Below, one piece after another: positions 27,427 through 40,664 of a stretch of 64,000 bases of DNA. Position numbers and translations under genes: made by a program. How positions within the stretch are numbered: position 1 is the first letter of the stretch; each line of letters begins with the position of its first letter. The notes under the pieces were generated by a model. It did no database searches and was not told the DNA's origin. It was given only the letters and a program-made list of their open reading frames with translations. The DNA is from Amoebidium appalachense (lineage: Eukaryota > Protista > Ichthyosporea). The DNA is taken from positions 3,481,106 through 3,545,105 of the forward strand of contig CAVNZM010000003.1 in the NCBI GenBank assembly GCA_963693365.1. The letters run 5' to 3'.

Positions 27427-28770
27427 ATGTCAAATCTTCCCCTTGGCATCAGACCGCCGTGGGGGCAGGGTCCATGTGTCCCTGCCATTCCCAATCACCT
27501 ACCGTTTCCCGGAAATCCCATCATGCAGCTTCCCATACCTGCCAGTGGGACAGTAGGAATGGGCGGAGGAGGATGGAGCGGGAGAAGGATGAAAGTGTGC
27601 CCGCACTGTAAGGGATGCGGTTTGGTAGAGGATGATGAGGGCATAAATGTGAACCCCAACGAAGGAGATCCCGAGACCAGCAGCACGCAAGACGAGGAGG
27701 AAGAGGCAGATAGCGCTGGGGAGGAGCAAGGAGTTGACGAGGGAGACACGTCGATGCAGGAAATCTCGGAGCAGGAAGGCGAGGAGAGGAAAAAGAGAGG
27801 CGAAGACGTTCGTTGGGGGCAGCCCTTTGCACATGCGTTCGTTCCGTCTGTGCAAGGAGGTGCCGGTGTGCCTCCCATGGCACCTGCCATATATGGCGGT
27901 GGTTTTTTCCCTCCGCCCGTGCGACCGCCACTGCCAGAACATCCTGGCCTCCGTTTGTTGGCACCCCGACTACCACCAGGCGTAAACACGGTAGAAGAGG
28001 ATAGAATGGAGCTTCCAGTGGAAACCGGAGTAACGAAGAAAGGAGATAGCTTGTTGTGCGACGTGTGTCAGTTCGAATCCACAAGCCAGTTAGTCATGGA
28101 TAGGCATGTTGCCACTCATACGATGAAGACGATGTACTTCAAGTGCACACACACTAGTTGTCACGAGCGGTTTGCATCGGAAGAGCAGCGTGAGAAACAT
28201 CTACGAAAGCACAAAACGTCTGCGTGTGCTAGTGAGGGTTGTTACGTCACATGGAAACTGCCAGACTTCATCATTCAGGAGCGAAAACACACGGGGGAGA
28301 AGCCGTTCACTTGTGAGCATCCAGGGTGCGGTGGGCGGTTTGTGTCGCGTACTTCTTTGCGGAGCCACACCAAGGAGAGGCATTCGAATCTTCCCCTTGA
28401 GCAAATAAAACCCTTTGCTTGCACCTACGCAGGTTGCCTGTTCAGGGCGCGCCAAAAGGGACAGCTAGAAGAGCACTTGCGCTCGCACACGGGCGAGAAG
28501 CCCTTTTCGTGCCCGTTCCCTGGATGTTCGGCGACATTCGGCACCAAGGGTCACTTGGGGTCGCATACGAAAAGGCATTTGGGAACGAGGAGATTCCCAT
28601 GTTCATTTGAAGGATGCAGTTACAGTGCAATGGACAAGGAGGTTTTAATTGCGCACACGAGAATACACACAGGGGAGAAACCGTTCGAGTGCAAAGAATG
28701 CGGTTTCAGGTTTCGGCAAGTGCAAAATCTTAGAACGCACGTGAAGGCGCAGCATGGGAAGGGAAAATGA
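27427..28770 (+). CDS. C2H2 zinc-finger protein, copy E, intact ORF of 447 aa (finger 3 degenerate)
   Basis: Same architecture. Finger 3 (CASEGCYVTWKLPDFIIQERKH) has lost a residue and its first His. Confidence 0.92.
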   Translation: MSNLPLGIRPPWGQGPCVPAIPNHLPFPGNPIMQLPIPASGTVGMGGGGWSGRRMKVCPHCKGCGLVEDDEGINVNPNEGDPETSSTQDEEEEADSAGEEQGVDEGDTSMQEISEQEGEERKKRGEDVRWGQPFAHAFVPSVQGGAGVPPMAPAIYGGGFFPPPVRPPLPEHPGLRLLAPRLPPGVNTVEEDRMELPVETGVTKKGDSLLCDVCQFESTSQLVMDRHVATHTMKTMYFKCTHTSCHERFASEEQREKHLRKHKTSACASEGCYVTWKLPDFIIQERKHTGEKPFTCEHPGCGGRFVSRTSLRSHTKERHSNLPLEQIKPFACTYAGCLFRARQKGQLEEHLRSHTGEKPFSCPFPGCSATFGTKGHLGSHTKRHLGTRRFPCSFEGCSYSAMDKEVLIAHTRIHTGEKPFECKECGFRFRQVQNLRTHVKAQHGKGK

Positions 28771-28931
28771 GAAGGCAACATTTACGAAATACTAGCGGCG
28801 CATGTCGAAACATGAGTGCATCACTGTGTATATATGGGAATGGATATACACGTATAGCTGTTGCTACCTGTGAGTTTGGTAGGGAAAAAATGGTCGTTTA
28901 GTATGCTTGTCACGGTAGGGGGAGGGGGGGG

Positions 28932-28973
<42 letters not shown>

Positions 28974-29550
28974 ATGTGCAAGGACTACAGGTCGTTGTAG
29001 TCAACATGATTACAAAATGATAATTATTGGTTCATTCGCTATACCACAAACAGTATTTATTTTTTTTTGGTTTTGGTGGCTTCTCAAGGCATAGTATATA
29101 TATAAATATTATATATATATCGAGTTCTATCTAGACGTTAGACAGGGCTAGGAATGGCCGTTGCCATATACAGAACGAGATAGTCGACGAGATAAGCCTC
29201 ACCGGATATCCAACGAGATATGACAAAGACGAAATTTCTTTTTTAATCGAAAGCATGTTGATAGGTGTGAGTTTTTATGTCGCGTTTTACCTCTTTCCCT
29301 ACGGGTGTCTGCTACACTGGCTGGCAATGTGAACACTTCAGACTTTTTGTTGAATTCTGTTGGTCGTGACATTGAGTATTTATACGATTTTCACACAGTG
29401 TTCAGGTATCTCAGTATGCACTTGTTACTGGATAACTCGTGAAGTTTTTATTGTCTACTCAGTATGCCGTGCATACTTGCATATCTTTCCGTCGAATAAA
29501 TCCAGTCAAAAGAAAAATTTTCTACCATATGGAGGAGTGCCAATATATAT

Positions 29551-29843
29551 GGGAGCATTGATTTTGAACTCAGGGGGAGGGGGGGGGTTGGTACCCGCCA
29601 CCCCGCGAGAGGTCGGGTCCCCCCCGCCAGGGGGGGGTACCCCACCACCCCGGCCAGGCCCTTATATAGTACTATAAGTACTATATAGTACTACATGTTC
29701 ACATATGAGGGGGGGTTTACCCACCACCCGCCGAGGGGACGGGTCCCCCCCCCTCCCTCCTCCCGGGGGGGGGGTACCCATCACCCCCCTAACCCCCGAA
29801 ACTTTCTACTACCCCCTCCCCCGGTTTCAAAATCAACGCTCCC
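29551..29843. mobile_element. Tourist/PIF-Harbinger-like MITE (about 293 bp)
   Basis: Imperfect TIRs of about 30 bp: GGGAGCATTGATTTTGAACTCAGGGGGAGGGGG and CCCCCTCCCCCGGTTTCAAAATCAACGCTCCC. Flanks are TAT and TAA. The interior has tacccaccaccc repeats and tagtacta palindromes. Confidence 0.7.
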
Positions 29844-30472
29844 TAAGCTGTACGTGTGAGCTCAACTACGGTGATCAAGAGTTGCTAAGTTGTTAACCAT
29901 GTAAGAGTAAAGTGCATAGATAATATCATACTGTTTGATATTCAACAAATAGTCCTTATGATTTTATTAGTAATAATGTGATACCACTAACACATTAGTT
30001 GAATCTGTAGGAGATGGATGGGTCATGTACGTATGCTTACTTCACAAGAAGATGGGGTACATATGTATGGATACAACATCACCGAGTAGTTTTGCTGGTT
30101 GGCTTAAGGTGGAATGTATAGTGTATATAGCGCTTTAAACCATAACGGTTTTAAAGTCTAGTTTTCATTGGACGTCCGACAAGCGTTTAAACTTTAAAGC
30201 CCTGTCATCTTGATCAACAAAGGACATATGTCCTCGAACAACGGCACCAGTTATGTCTTCGAAAAGTGATAGTTACCCTTGCATTGTTCTGAGGTTCTTT
30301 GGAAATTCTTTGCTTTTGTGTGTGTGTGGGCCTCTGAAGGGGTGGGTGCGTGGTGGTCACAGTGGTGGTGGTGGCAGGGAGGGGGGAGGATAATCTTGAA
30401 CGCTAAAGTTTATTCTCCTATGTAGCATCATGAACTTGTTCCATCGTAAACCCTCGGTCTCTCTCTCTCCCC

Positions 30473-30506
<34 letters not shown>

Positions 30507-30782
30507 CCCCACCACCACCACCCCCGGGCCTTTTACCGCTTGTGTATGGTGTACGCGAGCTGCACGTACGTGTACATGCTCTTGCACGGACTGACACCCA
30601 CTTACTGATGTCAAATCATCACATGCACAGACTTACCTTTGCCTAAGTGTGCACATGTGCATGAAGGAAGACACGTGCACGCAATCAAGAGTGCATGCTC
30701 GCATGCGCATATGTACATGTAGCTGGCACCACTGCAATGCTTACTACCATTCATACGCGTGATCTGACTAAACATATATCTA

Positions 30783-30817
<35 letters not shown>

Positions 30818-31440
30818 AAGTTTGGGCGGGAAGTGTTGGAGCGCAAAAAATGGGTTTTTGTCAAACAACTAAAAAAGTAGAAATATATTCAAGATATAAC
30901 AACATAAAAAAGTAGGAAAAAAAACTACATGGCACAGCCAAAACTCGTAGCATTAATATCCCTTACTAATACATGCATATGATGTTTCGAGAGGAGTATA
31001 CCATGGGCCACTAGGGTCGTCTTGGGTCTAAGTAATTGTTTCCATTTAGTTTCCAATGCAAGGAATGCAAGGCTTCAGTGCTTGCTTTCTTTTCTTTTCT
31101 TCTCTTTTTTTCGTCGAGTAAGGGGCCGAGGGGAGGGGAACATTTTAATGCAGTAGCTAAGCCTTATAGTAGAAGCAAGTTATTTAAAGTCACGACAAAA
31201 ATGGTCTCTTCATTAGAGGTCAAAAAGGCAGCTGGGTGCACTATACCACATCAGTATTTTATAATTTTAATTTTTAAAATTATAATGCATCAATTGAGTG
31301 CCTCTTGCAACATGTCAAGTTTGAATGGCTCTAAAATCCAAACCAAAAAACAAATGCAACCCCCCCTCCAACTCCTCCCCCCCTCCTTTTCAAAAAAAAA
31401 AAAAAAAAAAAAAAAAGAAAGACACCATGCAATTGAAAAT

Positions 31441-31495
<55 letters not shown>

Positions 31496-32062
31496 GCGCT
31501 AGGGTAGAAGAATCAATAATGCCCCGAAAATATATTTCAAATCGAGAAAAAAAAACCAATGCCCGGAGGAAAATGTCTTTATAAGGAATACCAACAACTT
31601 TCACCGGTATTATATTTCCAAGTCTAGAAATATCAATAAACAGCACGTGGAATTATTGTATCCTTAATGAATGAATACATACATTGAGGGATATGTTTCC
31701 TAAGTCTAGAAGAAGCAAGGAAAAAACACATCTTTGATCGAGAAAGATAAAAAGACACGTCGAGGATTATGTACCCTAGCAAGGGGGAAAAAACAGTGCA
31801 AGGAAACGTATACCTGTGAAGAAACACATCGAATGGCACGCACGAGTACGCGCACGCACGCACGCACGCAGGCACACACACGCGCGCGCGCACACACACA
31901 CACACACTTTCTCTCATACCCTCACCCACCACCACCCCACCTACTAAACTCAAACCTTTACTGAAACTAGTCACACAAATCCACGTCATATGTTCATTTT
32001 TCAATGCAAACAACCCAAACAAACACTTTAAAAAAATCCCGAACATGCATCCCGAACATGCA

Positions 32063-32585
32063 TTAATTCCTCGGGGACGCCGGTGTCACCCCTCCTCCTC
32101 CTCTATTCCCTTGTTGCTGTTGTTGTTGTTGCACACCACCAGTACCACCACCACCACCACTGATTGTGTTATGTTGATACGTTACATATCTTGGTACCCC
32201 CCCACCTACACCCCCACCCATACCCCCTGACGTAATAACAGCGCCATACTGAGAGGGTGAGCCCATATAGTTTGGGCTGGAGGGTGCAGAGCCAGCGAGG
32301 GAGGTGTAGGAGGGAGACCTGATGCCCAGACGACCAAGATACTCACTGCGGATGGTCTGAGGGTTGCGCCTGTTTTTTTTTGTTTTGTTTTTTTTTCCCG
32401 GGGGGGGGGGGGGGGGGTTGGGGAGTGATGGGGGGAGGGGGGGGGGGGGGGGGGGGGAAGGAGGAGAGGAGGAGGAGGAGGAGGAGGAGGGAAGGGAAGG
32501 GGGGGGGGGGGGGAGGGGGGCGGAGGGCGGAGGGGAGGTGGGTTAGAATAGGTCACCAAGAATAGGTGGGAAAATGTGTGTGTGT

Positions 32586-32628
<43 letters not shown>

Positions 32629-33288
32629 GGCGGGAAGGCAGAGTGGTGTGTATGTGTGCGTTTGTGTGTACGTTTGTGTGTGCATGTGTGTGCATGTGTG
32701 TGTGTGTGTGTATGTATCGGTGCGTGTGTGCGCGCGCGCATACGTGTGTATGTGCCTGTAGGTGTATGCACGTCTGTTTGAGGGTGAGGTGGAGAGGGGG
32801 GAAGAGGAAAGGTATGTTGCAGTGTGTGGGTGTGTGGGTGGGTGGGTGGGTGGGTGCGTCGTGGTGGGCTGGGGAGAGGGGAGGACCGACGTGAGAGCAC
32901 CCTCGAGGGTGCCCCCCATACACCCCACTCCACCCCCACAACACACACAAAACAACCTCCCTCCCCCCCCTCCCCCGCCCTCACCTACCCACCCACCCAC
33001 CCACCCACCTACCCACCCACCCACCCACCCACCCACCCACCCACCCACACACACACACACACAAGAAAAACATCTCCACAAGCATTTTCAATCACGTATC
33101 TTATTCCGCCATCTGTCTCTCTCTGCTGTATGTGTAACCCTCAAACATAAACACCCACCCACATACCCCCCCCCCCCTCCTTCCCCCCTCGCCCCCTTCC
33201 CCCTCCCCCCCCAACTTACTTCAAGTCTGCCATTTGTTTTTCTCTGCTGTAGGTGTACCTCTCGAACATGTATACACCCACCCACCCA

Positions 33289-33319
<31 letters not shown>

Positions 33320-34057
33320 AACACACACACACGAGAAAAACATCACCAATCACCACAAACATTCTCATCACCCACTTACTTCAAGTCTGCCATCTGTTTC
33401 CCTCTGCTGTAGGTGTACCCCTCACACAGATCCCCCCCCCCCCGCCAACTCAAAAAAAAAAAAAGAAAAAAAAAAAGAAAAACCGAGACACGTACAAAAG
33501 AAACACCCACACAAAAAACATTCATCACTTACTTCAAGTCAGCCATCTGTTTCTCCCTGCTGTAGGTGTAACCCTCAAACAAATACTGCGTCACATCCAT
33601 CATATCGCCCCTGTTATGAAGCAGTGCGGTTGTCTGTGTGGTGTCTAGGCTCGGGAACAACTCTTCTCCCTCCGGCATGACTCCAGTCACACGGTGGAAT
33701 ATGGCAATGAATGTGTGGCTAAAACGGTAGAGGATAAGACCAAACACGATGATCACGAGCCCTGCATAGCCGAACGGGCCTAGGGGCTTGTGGCTGCGTG
33801 TGTGTTTTTTTTTTTTTTGGGGGGGGGGGGGGGGGGGAGGAGGGGGGAGGGGTGGGGGGTGGGGGGCGAGGGGGTGGGAGGGGGGATGGAAAGGGGAGGG
33901 AGGGGGTTGGGGGAGGAGGAGGAGGGGGAGGATTGGTTGGTTTGTGTGTGTCTGTGTGTGTGTGTGTATGTGTGTTGGGGGGGGGGGGGGGGGGGGGGAG
34001 GGGGAGGGGGGGGGGGGAAGAGGAGGAGGGGTATGGGGGGTTGGTTTGTGTGTGTGT

Positions 34058-34098
<41 letters not shown>

Positions 34099-34388
34099 CG
34101 TGTGTGCATGTGTGTGCGTGTGTGCGTGTGTCCGTGCGCGCGTGTGCGTGCGTCCGTGCGCGCGTGCATGTGTGTGTGTGTGCAAATGTGCTGTTGTGCC
34201 CGTTGCATGTGTCGTGGGTAGAACATGTTAGCGTCATACCAAGTGACCAACCAATATCCTTGGAGAAGTGGCCACCAGGCTAGGGCGAACGTGAAATTTA
34301 TGGGGGTATGTGCACACAGTATGTGTGCGGGTCAAGGCCCATCAACATGGTTGCACCTTCTATGCATGTATGTGCACGGATGTTATTC

Positions 34389-34419
<31 letters not shown>

Positions 34420-34482
34420 CTTGGTGCCAGTGTTGTTGGATGGTGAAGAGGGTGGAGGGAGAGGAAGAGGGCAAGGCGGGGC

Positions 34483-34532
<50 letters not shown>

Positions 34533-35290
34533 TGTGTACATGAATAGTCTGGCAAGCAAGCAGAAGTTCTAAGCAAGGGAGAAGAGCAGAAATGGCAGGG
34601 AGGAAGAATGGTAGGAATTTTATTTCGAAGGAAGACCAAAGGACCCAAGGGAACCATGAGCGCACGCGTGTGTGGGTGTATGCATGTGCAAATGTGCGTA
34701 AGGAAAGAAGGGGGGGGAAGGAAGGGGGGGGGGGGGGGGGGGGAGGGGGAGCAAGAGAGAGAGAGAGAGTGGGGGGAGGAGGGGGGGAGGGAGGGAGTAA
34801 AAAGGAGAGGGGATAGGTTTAATCAACACATACCCAGGAACGAAGGGCAACGAGAAAGCCATAGAAACCATAGGAATCATCAGCATGTGTGTGTGGGTGT
34901 GTATGTGCCCATGTGTGTAAAAAAGAGGGAGGGCAGGGAGAAAGAAAGACATATAGAGACGGTGGGTGGGAGGAAGAATCACATTGCACCACACATACCC
35001 TGGGACGAAGGGCAGAGAGAAACCCATTGAACCCATGGGAACCATGCGCGCGCGTGTGTGGGGTGTGTGTGCATGCACACAGGTGTATATGGAAAGGGGT
35101 AGGAGAGGAAGACAGAGAAAGTGGGAGAGAGAAAGTGTGTATGTGTGTGTAAGGAAGAAGGTTTTGAAGGCTTCAACCACGCATACTCAGACACGAAGAG
35201 CAGTGGGAAAGCCATCGAGCCCATGGGGACCAATAAGTGTGTGTGCGCGCACGTGTGTAACGAAAACTGAAGGGGGAAAGAGAGAGAGAT

Positions 35291-35325
<35 letters not shown>

Positions 35326-37109
35326 AGAGTCGAGATGGAGTGAGAAGAAGGGATTGAAGATTTTTTCCACACATACCCAGGGACGAAGGGCAGTGAGAAA
35401 GCCATTGAGCCCATGGGGACCATGAGTATGTATGAGTGCGTGCATGTGCGCAGGTATGTAAGGAGGGGGGAGAGGGGGGGAGGGGGGGGGGAGGGGGGGG
35501 GGCACAAACAAAAAGAAAGAGAGAGACAGTGTGTGTGTTTGTGAAAGGGAGAGAGACTGAGGGAGGGAGGTTTACACCACACATACCCAGGGACGAAGGG
35601 CAGTGAGAAAGCCATCGAACCCATGGGGACCATGAGTGCCGATGATAGCCAGAGCAGATTTGCATTGCCGTACTTGAGGATCATGATGATGAGTATGTTG
35701 TAGCCTACGTTGAAGAACAGGTACACGTTGACGAGCAGGGGGGAGGACGAGCAGTCATCCTGTGGGTGTGTGTGTGTGTGTTGGGGGGGGGGGGGGGGGG
35801 GGGGGGGGGGAGGGGAGGTGTGCAGGGAGGTTGAGGGTGTGTGTGTGTGTGTTTATGTGTGTGTGTGTGTGTGTGGGGGGGGGGGGGAGGGGAGAAGAAC
35901 AGGTACACGTTGACTGGCAGGGGGAGGACGAGCAGTCGTCCTGTGTGTGTGTGTGTGGGGGGGGGGGGGAGGGGGGGGAAGGGGGTTAGTAAATGATACA
36001 GTGTAAGAAAAGGGGTGGTGGTGATGGTGGGTGGGGGGGGGGGGGGGGGGGGGGTGGAGAGGGGGGAGAGGGGAGGGTAGAGTGCTGAAGAACAGGTGCA
36101 CATTGACTAGGGGAAATTGAGAAGTCGTACTGGGTGTGTGTGTGCCACGGTGTGTGTTTGGGGGTGGGAGGGGGAGGGGATAGGTGGGGGTGGCGGTGAG
36201 GATGTGTGTGTGTGTGGATATGTGGATGGGTAGGTGTTAATTCGTTTTTCTTTTCTTTTTTTTTTTTTTTTTTTTTTGGGGGGGGGGGGGGGGGGTGATC
36301 AAAATGCGGGACCAGATACGAGGTACAACTACGTAATGAGAAACACGGTGTAGGAAGAATGCAACGGCAAACATTCAAGTATGCAACAAAAGCAAAACCC
36401 ATAATCCGGGGATGAGGGGGGGGGGGGGAAGGGGGGGGGATTTGTTTACTACCTAATGGGCTTTTTTGTCACTGGCAAACACCAACATACCATCCGTATG
36501 CGTGCCCTCATATCACTCAAAAACACAAACACCGACTAAGAAAACAACCCGCCCGCCGCCAATGTCTGTGTTTATGCCGCCGTAGCACTTCAAACCACCC
36601 AAACTATCACAACCCATCAAAAACAATCACTCAACCAGCGTCACTCCTTATGCCGGCACAACCTTTTGAACACGCCAACAAAACCATCCCTCTAACCAAC
36701 CACACACTAACCATCACCGTGGCTTCCGCATTTCATGCCGGGTTACCACTCAACAAAGCACGAACAAACCATCATCATAAACCAAAAACCCTTCCAACCA
36801 ACCACCCACACACTCACCGTCGCATCCGTGTTTATTCCGCCATAACACCTAAACCCATTGATAACCATACGTGGTATGGTTGATATATCTCCCCCGGGAG
36901 TCGCGTACGCCGAGGGAATGACAAACACCAAACACGCCACAAACTGCCATACTGCGATCCATCCATTCAGGTAGATTGGGTCGATTTCCTGGTCCCCAAG
37001 GGCTTTTTCCTTGTAGATGGAGGAGAGGGTCATGGGAACACAGCTGAGCGTAAGTGTGATGATCCAGATAACGTCCATGGGTTGGAGGCCTTTGGCGTCC
37101 GTGAACTGT

Positions 37110-37155
<46 letters not shown>

Positions 37156-37298
37156 AGGGTTAAGGGGGGGGGGGGGGGGGGGGGGAGGGTTAAGTGTGTG
37201 TGTGTGTGTGTTTGTGCGCGCGCGTGCATGGTACGCAGCTGAATGTAAGTGTCATGATCCGTATAACGTCCATAGGTTGGAGACCTTTAGCATCGGTG

Positions 37299-37367
<69 letters not shown>

Positions 37368-37521
37368 GGAGGGGGGGCGGAAAGGGGGGGGGGGGGGGGG
37401 GGGGAGGGGGGGGGGGGGGGGGGGGGAGGGGGGGCAGAAAGGGGGGGGGGGGGGGGGGGGGGGGGGGGAGAGTAGGGAGGGAATTCGGAGGGGAGGTGGG
37501 AGGGGAGGGGAGGGGGTTAAG

Positions 37522-37594
<73 letters not shown>

Positions 37595-37614
37595 TGTTTG
37601 TGTGTTTGTGTGTT

Positions 37615-37677
<63 letters not shown>

Positions 37678-37794
37678 ATGGGAACAGGGCAGAGGGGAAG
37701 GGGGGGGGGGGGGGGGGGGAAGGGGGAGTCATGGGGTAGGTGGGTGGGTGGGTGGGTGTGTGTGTGTTGGGAGGGGGGAGGGGAGGGAGAGGGG

Positions 37795-37839
<45 letters not shown>

Positions 37840-38297
37840 CGCATGTGTGTTGGGGGGGGGGGGGGGGGGGGGGAGGGGGGGGGAGGGAGAGAGGGGAAGG
37901 GGAGGTGTGTTTATGAGTGTCTTAAGGGGCGGGGGGCGGAGGACGGCGGCGGCGGGGGAGGGGGGAGGGGGGGGGTGGAGGAAGAGAATTGAATAGGTTA
38001 GTAAATGTTTATAAAATTCTCAAGGAAGGCTTGAACGGGAGGTGATAGGGGGTATAGATGTCCGTGATGGGTCTGTGGTTGTGGATGGGTGGGTGCCCGT
38101 GCGTGCACGTGTGTATCTCGTAAGGAAGAAGAGGAAGGGAAAGAGCTTTGGGGGGGAAGGGGGGGGGGGGGGGGGGGGGGGGAGGGGGAGAGAGAGAGAG
38201 AGAGAGAGAGAGAGAATCCAACCGGGGGGAGGGGGGAGGGGGAGGGGGGGGCATGTTACATCTGTAACACCATGGCATTGACCTGGATTTTGGCCTT

Positions 38298-38337
<40 letters not shown>

Positions 38338-40157
38338 GGGGTATATGTTTTGTTTCGTTGTTCAATTGAGAAGTCATGGAGAGGGGTTGGGGAAAGGAAA
38401 AGGAAAAATGGGAATAGACACGATTTGCTATTCGGGGGGGGGGGGGGGGGGGGGGTAGAATGGGGTACGAAGGATCGTTTTGCAACGAAACAACCTAGTG
38501 ACGTGGGTCTAAAAAGAAGGACAAACACACACAACAGTAACTATGCAAGATTACCCGGTCTCAGAAATTGGGTATGGGTTGGGGAGGGGGGGGGGGGGGG
38601 GGGGAAGGGGAGGAAGCACACAATACGAAGCACACATCCACAACGGAATGTGGTGTGGGTATATGCCAAAAACAAGGTACACACACACAGGGAGTAAGTC
38701 TATCCACCTAGAGTAAAGGGGGTATTATGTCATGTTTCTCACCTGGGGGATAAGCACCACCACCAGCCCCGCCAGCACCACATTTGCACCCAGTATGTGG
38801 CATACGTTGTATCGTGCATTCATCAGGAAGTATGAGAGAACCATGGAGATGGGTATCGCCACCTGCGTCAACCTGAAAAGGGGGGGGGGGGGGGGGGGGG
38901 GATGGGACGATGGGGGGAGAAAGGGACGGGGGGTAATGAGGCGGGCGGCGGGGGGGGGGGGGGGGGGGGGGGGGGGGAGGAGAATGGGAGGATGGGGGGG
39001 GGGGGGGGGCGAGAGTGAAGGGGGGTTTATGGGGCGGGGGGGGGGGGGGGGGGGGGGGGGTGGGAGTGCGGGAAGGGTTAATGGGGCGGGGGGGGGGGGG
39101 GGGGGGAGGGGGAGTGCGGGGAAGGGGATGCAGATGGGAAGGAGGGGGAGGGGGAGGAGAGCATTGGGGTGGTGGTGGCGGGAGGGGAGGGGGAGAATGG
39201 AAAACGGGGGGGGGGGGAGGGGGAGGGAGGAGAAGGGGAGGCGGGTGAAAGGGGGGAAAGGGTGAAGGAGAGGGAGGGGGAGGGGAGAGTGAGGAAGGGG
39301 GGAGGAGAGGGTGGAGTAGGTGGGGTGGAGGAAGAGGAGAGGGTGATGTGTGTGTTAGTGGGTAGCAACATGGGAGCAAATACATTGATTGACCAGCCTC
39401 AAAGGTAGAAACGGTAAATTTGAAGTTGAAACGGGCAGAGCGTTCAGGCGCGGAAGGTACTTGAGCAGATAACGAGCAGAGGGGGAAGGGGCCGGGGGGG
39501 GGGGGGGGGGGGGGGAGGGAGGGCTTATACTAGAGGGTTAGAAATATGGAGGAGAAGACACCGAAAGACAAAACACAAAACGTTACAAAAGTTCAACCCA
39601 AAAACAAAGCTTGAAGAGAGGAAAAGGAAAAAAAAAGAGGCGAGGAAGGGGGGTGGGGTGGGGTGGGGGTGGTGGGGTGGGGGTGTGTGTGTGTGTGGTT
39701 ACACAAAATAAAACGGCAAGGGCATTGAAAACCCACAAGAAAGGAACACGAGACCAATGACATGTGCACGGACGAGGCGGACCGGGAGGGGGGGGGGGGG
39801 GGGGGAGGGAGGGGGGAGGGGGGGGAGGGGGGGGGGGGGATGGGTTGACGGGAACGGGTGGGTGGAAGAGGGTGGATGTTGTTGTAAGGAGATAGAGGGG
39901 GAGAGGGGGTGGAGGTGTGGAGGGTTCAGGTGCTATGGGCAGTATGTGGGCTTACGAGGGAGTACACGATACATCCCCCCCTCCCCCCCCCCCCCCCCCC
40001 CCCCCCCTCCCCCCCCTTGTTTTATGTGCCTGCCCCGCTACCCCCCCCCCCTCATAAATAAAAAAGGGGGGGGGGGGGGGAAATATGTATGGCAAGGGAA
40101 AAAAAAAGGGGGTGAAAATGTCAACAATAAAATGCTGGATAGGGCAGGTCAGGTGGG

Positions 40158-40210
<53 letters not shown>

Positions 40211-40623
40211 TATTGCCTGGGGAATGGGGGGAGGCAGGAGAGGGTATTGCATGGGGCAGGGCGGTGGGCGGGAGTGGAGGGGAGGGGTGGGGGGGAGAGG
40301 AAGCGGGTATCAAGAGTGAAGGTAGGAAATTCACCAAGGAGAACGGTTTGTTTATTTTTGTGTGGGAGGGATGGAGGGTTGGAGGGTTGGGGAAGGGGGA
40401 GGGGGGGGGGGGGGGGGGGCTGAGGTTTGGACTTTGTATAAGGGGGAGAGAGGGGGAAAAAAATAAGGTGCAAAACAGGGTATTACAGAAAACATTCAAC
40501 CACGACCGGGGGCGGCAAGGGGGAGGGGGGTGGGGGGAGAGGGGGGTGGAGGGGGGGAAGGTAGGGCAGTGTTGCTTGTGAGTGTGCTCTAGGCAATCTG
40601 CTGGACAACATAGGGTCACGGAA

Positions 40624-40664
<41 letters not shown>

